Positions 27,895 through 35,755 of a stretch of 64,000 bases of DNA are shown here, in pieces. The translations under genes and the position numbers were made by a program. Under the pieces are notes generated by a model. The model saw only the letters and a program-made list of their open reading frames with translations. It did no database searches and was not told the origin of the DNA. The stretch is from an uncultured Gammaproteobacteria bacterium (GTDB taxonomy: Bacteria; Patescibacteriota; Microgenomatia; PFEM01; DATLAM01): contig CAZMIZ010000003.1 of the NCBI GenBank assembly GCA_964566925.1, forward strand, positions 30,792 through 94,791, in the 5' to 3' direction. Within the stretch, counting starts at the first letter, position 1. Each line of letters opens with the position of its first letter.

Positions 27895-28815
27895 CTACCT
27901 GTCTGGAGCGACTTCGCAGGATTCCTTAACAATTTCTAAAATATAATTAATCTTTTCCTCTTTTAAGACATCAATCCACCAAAGAGGAGTTTTCCCCCAT
28001 TCATAAGAAGCTGGGACTCTCTTAAAAAGCTTCTCCTTGTCTGATTTAAGCTTTTTCTTCCTGACATAGATTCTAAGTTTGTTTTGGTATACGTGAATAG
28101 AGGCAAAATTGTACCAATTAAATTTGTAACCGATGTAAAACTTAACTGGCTTTTCCTTGATATTCTCATCAATAGAGAAAATCTTTTCTCTTAACTTCTC
28201 AAACAACTCCCTAATTTTAGGCGAGGCCTTTTTCCTGTGATCTTCGATTGTATATTCTCTCACCTCACGACTAACGGTGGCGACGGCCTTACCTTTGGTT
28301 ACTGTTTTGATAGATTCTTTAGCTTCAGGGGATTTAAGTTGATTGAAAAGAATAAGATTATCTTCAAAAATTTCCACTTCCCACAACTCTATTGGCAAAT
28401 CCTTAAAACCAATTGCCCCTCGTTGATGAGGGGTAAAAGAAGGGGCGACGAATAAAACCCTGGATTGAGACCAGTCGACATCGCCGCGCTTTAGATTCTT
28501 TTTCTTCTTTTCATTGTATTCAAGAATGAAATCGGACTTATTATTGAGCATCAAGGAGAGATAGTTCAAACCTTGATCAACAACACTAAAACTTTGATCT
28601 CTCTTATATTCGATGACAACAAAGGAGCGCGTTTCTGAATCAAAAGCTAGGGTATCGATGTAGAAGTTATGGATTCCGAATTCACTGCTGATAAATTCTA
28701 AACCAAAAATTATTTCAAGGTTTTCCTCGGTTAGTTTCTGTAAATCCTTTTCAAAATCAAATTTCTTTTCTTTAACCTGGCTGAGTTTCTTATTCTTTAT
28801 CTGAAAAATCGGCAT
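27895..28815 (-). CDS. Putative PD-(D/E)xK-fold nuclease-like protein, 306 aa
   Basis: N-terminal FYIDTLAFD...(16 aa)...VVIEYK matches hh-D...ExK; Lys-rich C-terminal half. Motif-level only. Confidence 0.45.
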   Translation of the reverse strand: MPIFQIKNKKLSQVKEKKFDFEKDLQKLTEENLEIIFGLEFISSEFGIHNFYIDTLAFDSETRSFVVIEYKRDQSFSVVDQGLNYLSLMLNNKSDFILEYNEKKKKNLKRGDVDWSQSRVLFVAPSFTPHQRGAIGFKDLPIELWEVEIFEDNLILFNQLKSPEAKESIKTVTKGKAVATVSREVREYTIEDHRKKASPKIRELFEKLREKIFSIDENIKEKPVKFYIGYKFNWYNFASIHVYQNKLRIYVRKKKLKSDKEKLFKRVPASYEWGKTPLWWIDVLKEEKINYILEIVKESCEVAPDR

Positions 28816-28847
28816 TTGGGGATATTATAGCATGAGCAGGGTGGAAG

Positions 28848-29624
28848 TTAAGAGATCTTTTCTTGAATCATTGGCCCAAGCTGTTCAACCTCATACAAAA
28901 TCTCAGCGTTATTATCAGTAGTAATTTTATATCTCGCGTTTTGAATCTCAACGATTGTGGAAAAGCTTAACTTCCAAGCCTCCTCTCCCTCCGTTTTTAT
29001 GAAATTTATGACAGGAATGTTTGGAAGAGCATTGTTTTCTATGGCAAGGCCTATTGCCTTTGACACCCTTCGCTTTCGACGATCTCTCCATTCCTGTAGC
29101 CTAACCTGTTCTTCGTAAATAATTGTTGCAGTAAGAACAGTAAGGATTATTACAAGGATGTAGATTATTGCCTGTAAATATGTATAAAAGAGTGGAGGGT
29201 TCATTGACAAAGACATCCCAAGCCAAATAAAAATTAAGCCCAAAAATAGTATAGCCACTATAAAAATGAGAACCAGCCTATGATGATCTATTCTAAAAGG
29301 CGGCCCAACTCGTTTAACTTTCTTAATCTCTTCCGGTGTATGTCTTTGAGGGTTTATACGATCAAGATAGTCTCTGTATTTTTTATTCTGCCACCAAAAT
29401 GGCTGAATCGAAATAAATGGTCTCTGTCTATACCAGAAAATTACAAGAAATGAGACTAACAGCGTCAAAACTGACGCCGCTAGAAATACTTCTCTATTTA
29501 AGAATATTCCAGCCGTAGTACCTGGAAACAACAGATAAAAAAACTGAATCAGCGGGAGCGCATAAGAGAGAAAGCCGGCTAAGCTTTTAGAAATTTCATT
29601 TACACTTTCTTTTGTTTTGTCCAT
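28848..29624 (-). CDS. Membrane protein (about 4 TM) with a cytoplasmic C-terminal domain, 258 aa
   Basis: Hydrophobic segments; no motif recognised. Confidence 0.5.
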   Translation of the reverse strand: MDKTKESVNEISKSLAGFLSYALPLIQFFYLLFPGTTAGIFLNREVFLAASVLTLLVSFLVIFWYRQRPFISIQPFWWQNKKYRDYLDRINPQRHTPEEIKKVKRVGPPFRIDHHRLVLIFIVAILFLGLIFIWLGMSLSMNPPLFYTYLQAIIYILVIILTVLTATIIYEEQVRLQEWRDRRKRRVSKAIGLAIENNALPNIPVINFIKTEGEEAWKLSFSTIVEIQNARYKITTDNNAEILYEVEQLGPMIQEKIS

Positions 29625-29635
29625 TAATTTATTAA

Positions 29636-29667
29636 ATCAAAAAACAAAGCCTGCTTTCTGAGCAGGC
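29636..29667 (-). terminator. Rho-independent terminator after the RM gene (stem GCCTGCT/AGCAGGC, then TTTGTTTTTTGATTT)
   Basis: Hairpin 29649-29667 plus T-run read on the minus strand. Confidence 0.6.
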
Positions 29668-29773
29668 AACTTGATTGTACACTTTAAGTTATTAAAGGTC
29701 AACTTTTCGTAATTCCAATTTCTCGATTTAAATCAAATTTTTCTCAACTTCCGGGTGAAGTTTGGCGAGTTGG

Positions 29774-32287
29774 CTATGTCGTTATATCGCCGAATTCACT
29801 TCTTAGCTTTTTAATAGCTTGTTGTGCCCCCCATTTCTTTCCAAATGCTTGGCGTATTCTTTCCGAAATATATTTTCTTTTTTTACGACTTTTAGAGACG
29901 GGTAGATAAATTTCTTTCCATCTATTCCCAATATTCGGAAGAGTTGTTTCTATAAAGATTTTGTTGCGCAGCTGTTTTTGGGCTAGTTCATGAGATAGTA
30001 AATAAATTAAGTAGTAAGGGTTTATATCCCACTGGTTCTTATCATTGATTACCCTGATTACAAGCAATTCCCTGGTTAATAAAATTTCGTTTTCGTCGGG
30101 AGAAACCATCGCTACTGTGCCAATTCTGTAACTTCCTCTTCTAACGAAAATAATATCTTTTTCTTTAAGGCTAACTCCGCTGCCCTTTATCTTTAAATAC
30201 ATCTTTCGGGGAATCAAAGACGTCGGGTTTTTGTAAATCTCCCAATTAACAATATCCTTAACCCTTATATACGGAACTTCCCCTCTGCCTTTATAATGTC
30301 CAGGAGGAGAACCATGTCCATCGGAATATTCGACTACTTTATGCCTAATTAATTTCGATAAGCCTACCATCTCAAAACTTCCTTCCTTGGCAATTTTTTT
30401 CAGCTCTTTTTCTCTTTGCCCCCAATAATAGCGAGGAATGTAGATGTCCGTTTTAATTGCGGAGGTGTTGATAGCAAAAAGATTTTTATTACCTTTTTTA
30501 TCTGGGTTGTTTATTTCTTCCCTTATTATTTCTGTGTCGTCCCATAATTCTTCTGTAAAGCCTTTTGTCTTTTGGTCAAATCTATATATTGGCTTGCCGT
30601 TGTGGTCATGTCCAACCTCCTCGGCTACTGCCATGATAATTTTCTCTTCTTGGGGTTTGTTTTTTTGTAACACTAAAAGCATAGTTTTAGCATTACAGTG
30701 GGGTCTAAATGTATTGTGTGCAAGATCAATAATTGCTTTTATATTGTGCTTTTTTAGAAATTGTAAGATATAGCGGGTCTTTGGCGCATGGAAATATGTC
30801 TCAGGTAAAACTATGCCCAATATACCCCCATCTTTAAGAAGTTGTAAGCATCTCTCAATAAAGAGAATTTGAGGTTCCTCGCTATCTTTAAGTTGGGCTG
30901 TTTTCGCATAGCCTGTCCCTGATTTTTTCCACCGGTAAGCAAGGTCATATTGTTTAAGTTTTTCTTCTCCTTCTACTTTTATCTTTGAACCAAAGGGAGG
31001 GTTAGTCAATACAATATCAAACGAGCCAAGCTGTATTTTGTCTCTAGCTTGCATATCCCAATTTTTGGGACTATCAAGGCTGTCTTCACAAAAAATACCG
31101 CCTTTTCCATCCCCAACTATCGCCATATAAGCCTTAGTGACTTTACTCAAGAAATAATCTTTATCGACGCCCTTAAAATTAGAATTGGCCACTGTTAGCT
31201 TTTCTAGCTCGATATTAGTTTTCTTCCATTCATATCTTTTCCCTTGATTCTCAATCTTATTCCATACATACCTTAAACTGTCAATCAAAAATCCTCCTGA
31301 CCCACAAGCAGGATCAATGATAAGATGTTTTGGCGAGGGATCAACTAATCTTACAAGGGTTTGAATCACGTTCCGCGGAGTAAAAAATTGTCCCTGAGAT
31401 CCCTTTAACGCTGGGCCTATAAAAACTTCAAAGGCCTCAGCTATAACATCCCTCTCTGCGTCCGTTAAACAGAAGTTTTGCAGTTCACCCACAATGTAAG
31501 TTAAGGATCGGGCATCCAAATTTAGTGAGTCGCCTACATCTATAATCTCGGGGTATCTTTTCTTAACTTTCTTAAACAGGTGAAGAATTCTTTCTTTTAC
31601 TTCTCCAGTGCTCTCTTTTATTCCAGCCCTGAATTGTACTATATTGTCTTGTTTAGTAAATTTTTCATCATAAATCTTGCAAAAAATAACGTTAATCAAC
31701 TGTTGAGCAAGAACCTCGTCTCTAGTAGCGCCCACAGCCATTCCTGCTAAATAATTCCTCATAGCATTAAACGTAGATTTTAAGTTACGAGGAGGCTTTA
31801 AGTCTTTCCTTTTAAACAAGCCTATATCTGCTATTCTTTGGCCTGCTCGAGGGATAATTGGAATCTCCTCGAAGTAAACTTTTCCCTCTTTCTCTGTTTT
31901 TTTGAGAAAGAGCCTTTCCTTTCCGTTAAACCAAACACCTAGTTGAGCTTCGGACAGTCTCAGGTAGTCTTTCAACTGTGATTCTCCGTCTTTTCTAGTC
32001 TTTTTTTTACATTCAACTATTATCCATAAATTATCATCGATCTTTCTCTCTGACTTAAAAACAGCAATATCTACCGGGTATTCTTTCTTTTTATCAGAAG
32101 GTCTTGCTTTTACTCTCCATTGGGAATGGGTCTGTATTTGTGTTTTCTTATAGCCATAATCTTCGACAAGGGATTTAGCGAATACCTGAACAGCCTCGAT
32201 TTCTTCTGGAGTTGCCTTTACCCACTTATTAGTAATATAGTCTTGGATGTGCCCTTCCTTAGTTTCAACCCTTTTCTTCTTTGCCAT
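29774..32287 (-). CDS. Single-chain Type IIG (MmeI-like) restriction-modification enzyme: N-terminal PD-(D/E)xK endonuclease, gamma-class N6-adenine MTase, and a C-terminal target-recognition region
   Basis: VDIAVF...IIVECKK nuclease motif, MTase motif I IDPACGSGGFL, motif IV NPPFG, about 380 aa after motif IV. Region markedly AT-rich. Confidence 0.65.
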   Translation of the reverse strand: MAKKKRVETKEGHIQDYITNKWVKATPEEIEAVQVFAKSLVEDYGYKKTQIQTHSQWRVKARPSDKKKEYPVDIAVFKSERKIDDNLWIIVECKKKTRKDGESQLKDYLRLSEAQLGVWFNGKERLFLKKTEKEGKVYFEEIPIIPRAGQRIADIGLFKRKDLKPPRNLKSTFNAMRNYLAGMAVGATRDEVLAQQLINVIFCKIYDEKFTKQDNIVQFRAGIKESTGEVKERILHLFKKVKKRYPEIIDVGDSLNLDARSLTYIVGELQNFCLTDAERDVIAEAFEVFIGPALKGSQGQFFTPRNVIQTLVRLVDPSPKHLIIDPACGSGGFLIDSLRYVWNKIENQGKRYEWKKTNIELEKLTVANSNFKGVDKDYFLSKVTKAYMAIVGDGKGGIFCEDSLDSPKNWDMQARDKIQLGSFDIVLTNPPFGSKIKVEGEEKLKQYDLAYRWKKSGTGYAKTAQLKDSEEPQILFIERCLQLLKDGGILGIVLPETYFHAPKTRYILQFLKKHNIKAIIDLAHNTFRPHCNAKTMLLVLQKNKPQEEKIIMAVAEEVGHDHNGKPIYRFDQKTKGFTEELWDDTEIIREEINNPDKKGNKNLFAINTSAIKTDIYIPRYYWGQREKELKKIAKEGSFEMVGLSKLIRHKVVEYSDGHGSPPGHYKGRGEVPYIRVKDIVNWEIYKNPTSLIPRKMYLKIKGSGVSLKEKDIIFVRRGSYRIGTVAMVSPDENEILLTRELLVIRVINDKNQWDINPYYLIYLLSHELAQKQLRNKIFIETTLPNIGNRWKEIYLPVSKSRKKRKYISERIRQAFGKKWGAQQAIKKLRSEFGDITT

Positions 32288-32356
32288 ATTCGGGTTTTGT
32301 TCGTATATCTAGACTACCTTCTTTAAGAATCTTTGTCAAGAGCTAGTCTCGTCCTA

Positions 32357-32389
32357 ATTCTACCTTATAAATTTGCTTTCAGCAACTTA
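32357..32389 (-). promoter_or_regulatory. Promoter/operator module copy 1 (TTGCTG-17-TAGAAT, with inverted repeat TTGCT-TTC-AGCAA over the -35) upstream of the RM gene
   Basis: 29-nt repeat 32361-32389 identical at 28 of 29 positions to 32736-32764. Confidence 0.5.
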
Positions 32390-32437
32390 TCACGTCAGAC
32401 GTGACAAGCAGGCCAAGCCACGCTTGTGTTAGGGTAT

Positions 32438-32472
32438 GATGTATGATTTAAGATTTAAGATTGAAGATTGAT
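32438..32472. repeat. Five tandem degenerate heptamers: GATGTAT GATTTAA GATTTAA GATTGAA GATTGAT
   Basis: Read directly; lies between the small regulator ORF and the RM promoter. Confidence 0.5.
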
Positions 32473-32500
32473 GAGGTTCTTGATTTCCTTAATCTCGTGC

Positions 32501-32713
32501 CTATTGAGGCCATTCAGAATAGGGTAACTGAGCGTCCAAGTAAGTGTCTTCGGGAGCCGCATCGGGAAATCTAATTCCTGCCGGTCCTTCTAATTTCGGT
32601 CTGAAAATCTTTCCTCCCTTAGTAACTAACTCCACAGCTGCCAAATTTAAAAACTGGCTTGCAGGAACAATCATACCAACAACTCTTCCTCTCTCTGGCC
32701 CTTTTTCTGGCAT
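32501..32713 (-). CDS. Small AbrB/MazE-like (swapped-hairpin) DNA-binding protein, about 70 aa; candidate controller of the RM system
   Basis: RGRVVGMIVPASQFLNLAAVELVTKGGKIFRP parallels MazE/AbrB (GNSPAVRIPATLMQALNL..DEV....GKLIIEP). Own copy of the promoter/operator module and a GAGGTG RBS. Confidence 0.4.
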   Translation of the reverse strand: MPEKGPERGRVVGMIVPASQFLNLAAVELVTKGGKIFRPKLEGPAGIRFPDAAPEDTYLDAQLPYSEWPQ

Positions 32714-32731
32714 CTCTTTCACCTCGCTCTT

Positions 32732-32764
32732 ATTTTACCCTATAAATTTGCTTTCAGCAACTTA
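32732..32764 (-). promoter_or_regulatory. Promoter/operator module copy 2 (TTGCTG-17-TAAAAT with the same TTGCT-TTC-AGCAA palindrome) upstream of the small regulator ORF
   Basis: See copy 1. Confidence 0.5.
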
Positions 32765-32807
32765 AAGGGCAGGCCATACCATGATTAAGGTTTAGTGTCT
32801 AGAAGGG

Positions 32808-33128
32808 TTAGAAAAAGTGTTTTTGAAGTTCAATCAATTTCTCACAGCGATATTCATCACAATCTTTACAATTTTTAATCTTTTTCTTCAAGCCACAGTT
32901 TCTCACTTCACAACTATGGCAATAAAAATAAACAGCATCTTTAGACAAACAACCATGACAGTTAATCTCCTCTGGTTTAACCGGAGGCCGATTGCGGCTG
33001 GTAACGTACCTTTTCGTCCACTCTTTGGCCGTTTTTTCTCTCAGTTTATGATCGTTGTTTTTGGTGGCAATAAAAGCCGGACAAGAAGAGCAATCTAAAC
33101 CACACATGGCAAGGTGTTTTTGGGCCAT
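32808..33128 (-). CDS. Cys-rich DUF3795-family protein
   Basis: MCGLDCSSCPAF...CHGCLSKD...CHSCEVRNCG...CKDCDEYRCE, the typical DUF3795 Cys pattern. Confidence 0.6.
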   Translation of the reverse strand: MAQKHLAMCGLDCSSCPAFIATKNNDHKLREKTAKEWTKRYVTSRNRPPVKPEEINCHGCLSKDAVYFYCHSCEVRNCGLKKKIKNCKDCDEYRCEKLIELQKHFF

Positions 33129-33204
33129 CTTGAGTTAATTTTATCCTTTTCTTGCAATAACCTCAAGGTAAACTACTTAAGAAGGGGGAATGAAGATTTT
33201 TCGC

Positions 33205-33552
33205 CTACATTCTTTCTGGGCCTTTGGGGGTAGAGGTTTCTAGGGAAAGGGTACCCTCAGCCATCTGTTCTTGGTAATTACGAACAAACTCTACTGCCGC
33301 GGGAACTCTGGTCCCTCCCTCTCTTACCGCTTCAACGAAACTATCAATGATTGCTTGTTGTTGTTCTGGAGAAAGACTCCTGACCATCCTGACCCAGGAA
33401 GCGCCTCTTTTGTTACGAACAATTATTGGCTCTTTTAACTCTTTGCCAGGCCATCTCTCCTTTTCTTTAAGTCTTATAATTCTAGTGCCAACATCACAAG
33501 GCCTAACCCCAATTCCTTCTGCAAATTCAGCGACAGTGGTCATTTGAGCCAA
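33205..33552 (-). CDS. Hypothetical protein with a putative N-terminal HTH (excisionase/MerR-like: TTVAEFAEGIGV)
   Basis: ORF; weak HTH pattern. Confidence 0.4.
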   Translation of the reverse strand: MAQMTTVAEFAEGIGVRPCDVGTRIIRLKEKERWPGKELKEPIIVRNKRGASWVRMVRSLSPEQQQAIIDSFVEAVREGGTRVPAAVEFVRNYQEQMAEGTLSLETSTPKGPERM

Positions 33553-33578
33553 TTATAACCTATAGCGTCAAAATTTTC

Positions 33579-34619
33579 CTATTTCTTTAAAGCCAGTTTA
33601 ATGATCCGGTCAAGAAGCTTAGGATAGCTGATGCCGGCCGCAGCCGCTTCTTTAGGTAGTAAAGAAACAGGCGTTAACCCCGGAATGGTATTGATTTCCA
33701 AAACATAGGGCTTGCCTTGAGAAATAATCATGTCTACCCTGCCAAAACCCTGGCATTCAATCGCCTGGAAAACTTTGATCGCCAACGCCTGGACTTTTTT
33801 GGTTAATCTTTTAGCAATTCTGGCTGGGACAATCTCATCACACTGAGTTTCATCATATTTAGCCTGATAATCAAAAAATTCTCTTTTGGGCAGGATTTCA
33901 ATCACCGGCAAAGCAACCGGGTCTTCGTTACCCAAAACCCCGCAGGAAACTTCAATCCCTTTAAGATATTTTTCAATAATAATCTTTGAACTATAGGAAA
34001 AAGCCAGTTTTAAAGCCGGGCCCAACTCTTTTTGATTATGAACCAGGCTAATGCCCACGCTGGAACCCTGATCGCTGGGTTTGATTACAAAGGGAAATTT
34101 AAATTTTTTCAGGATTTTTTTGATAGGATCTTTTTTAGTCAAGACTAGGTAGTCACCAATCGGGATGCCTTCCTGCTCCATGACCTTCTTAAACATGATT
34201 TTATTCATGCCGATGCTCGAGGCCATCACGCCAGCCCCGGTGTAGGGGATTCCCGTTAATTCGAGCATCCCCTGAATCGTCCCGTCTTCGCCAAAAGGTC
34301 CATGCATGGCTATAAAAACTACCTGAGGCGATTGGCCAGGGATTTGTAAAGGCAAGCGCTTACCGCTAGGCAAAAGGGCTTTGCCGCCTTTAATCTTTTT
34401 CTTATGATCAGTTTTCTCTACCCCGGCAGGGGAGTGGAGTAAAATTTGGTTCGGGCTTTTGAGCTGCCATCTTTCCCCGTCTCGGGAAATAACCACCGGC
34501 ATCACCTGATATTTCCGCTTATCCAAATGGCGAACCACTTCCCTACCGGAAACCAAGGAAACTTCATGCTCCGGGGTTTTACCCCCCATCAAGACAATCA
34601 CTCTTGTTTTTCCCATCAA
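33579..34619 (-). CDS. ddl: D-alanine--D-alanine ligase
   Basis: N-terminal EHEVSLVSG and ATP-grasp pattern. Confidence 0.85.
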   Translation of the reverse strand: MMGKTRVIVLMGGKTPEHEVSLVSGREVVRHLDKRKYQVMPVVISRDGERWQLKSPNQILLHSPAGVEKTDHKKKIKGGKALLPSGKRLPLQIPGQSPQVVFIAMHGPFGEDGTIQGMLELTGIPYTGAGVMASSIGMNKIMFKKVMEQEGIPIGDYLVLTKKDPIKKILKKFKFPFVIKPSDQGSSVGISLVHNQKELGPALKLAFSYSSKIIIEKYLKGIEVSCGVLGNEDPVALPVIEILPKREFFDYQAKYDETQCDEIVPARIAKRLTKKVQALAIKVFQAIECQGFGRVDMIISQGKPYVLEINTIPGLTPVSLLPKEAAAAGISYPKLLDRIIKLALKK

Positions 34620-35755
34620 ACCACCTTTCTCGGTAAATAAGGGTTAATTTGGGTGACCACTTCGTAATTGATGGTCCCGATTTTGGTAGCCAGTTCTTCA
34701 GCCGGGATTTCATTTCTCCCCTGCTTACCCAAAAGAACCACTTCATCCTCAATTTTAACCTGAGGAATATCGGTGACGTCCACCAGTACCATATTCATGC
34801 AAACCCGACCGACTACCGGCGCGAATTGGCCTTTAATTAAAACCCGACCGGCATTAGACAGCTTCCGATCATAACCATCCCAGTAGCCGACTGGTAAAAC
34901 GGCAATTTTAGTTTGCCGATTGGTTCTAAAGGTTCGGCCATAACTAATAGTCTCGCCTTTTTTAACTATTTTTATTTGAGCCACTTTGGTTTTCCAGGTT
35001 AAAACCGGCTGAAGATTGATTTTAATCTTGTTTTCTTGGGCAGAAATCTTGGTTTCCCGCGAAGGCCAAAGCCCATAAAGACCAATCCCTAAACGAATTA
35101 GATCAAAAATTGTTTGATCAAAGAGGGTGGCGGCCGCGGTACAGGCCGTATGCTTAACCGGGATTTTAATCTTTGCTTTCTCGAGGAGCTTAACAGCTTG
35201 CTTGAAATTCTCCAGCTGTTGTAAGGGATAAGTGTGGTCCAAAGTGTCTTCGATGTTCGCATAATGAGTGTAAATTCCTTCCAGGAAAATATTTTTCTGT
35301 TTCAAGCAAGTCTGGGCAAAAGAAACAAGTTGGTTGACCTCAATCCCCTGCCGATGGGTGCCGGTCTCCACCTTTAAATGAACCTTGGCAGTCTTGTTTA
35401 ATTTTCCCGCTTCTTGATTGGCTTTTTTAACGGTCTCTTGGTTGTAAACCACAAAACTTAAATCGGCCTTAATCGCCTCTTTGATTTTGGCTAAAGGCAG
35501 ATAACCTAAAACCAGAATCGGTTGATTGATTTTGAGCTGTCTTAAGAAGAGGCCGCCCTCCAAGCTATTCACCCCAAACCAGTCAGCCTGATTTTTAACC
35601 ACCTGGGCTACCTCCCCCACCCCATGACCATAGGCATTGGCCTTGACCACCGCCATTACTTTCGCTTTTGGTCCCACCCTTTTCTTAAATTGGTTAAGGT
35701 TATAGATTAAAGCCTTTTTAGAAACTTCCACTCTGGTTAAAGATGAACTAATCAT
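34616..35755 (-). CDS. alr: Alanine racemase
   Basis: PLP-site AVVKANAYGHG. Confidence 0.85.
   Translation of the reverse strand: MISSSLTRVEVSKKALIYNLNQFKKRVGPKAKVMAVVKANAYGHGVGEVAQVVKNQADWFGVNSLEGGLFLRQLKINQPILVLGYLPLAKIKEAIKADLSFVVYNQETVKKANQEAGKLNKTAKVHLKVETGTHRQGIEVNQLVSFAQTCLKQKNIFLEGIYTHYANIEDTLDHTYPLQQLENFKQAVKLLEKAKIKIPVKHTACTAAATLFDQTIFDLIRLGIGLYGLWPSRETKISAQENKIKINLQPVLTWKTKVAQIKIVKKGETISYGRTFRTNRQTKIAVLPVGYWDGYDRKLSNAGRVLIKGQFAPVVGRVCMNMVLVDVTDIPQVKIEDEVVLLGKQGRNEIPAEELATKIGTINYEVVTQINPYLPRKVV

Noticed and set aside
32544-32765. Plus-strand 73-aa ORF overlapping the small regulator ORF
   Set aside because: The minus-strand ORF has a matched promoter module, a GAGGTG RBS and an AbrB/MazE-like sequence pattern. 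The plus-strand ORF has none of these.
21958-33552. The island as a classical integrative element or prophage
   Set aside because: No integrase, recombinase, transposase, tRNA attachment site or terminal direct repeats could be found. Only a weak excisionase-like HTH is present at 33205..33552.
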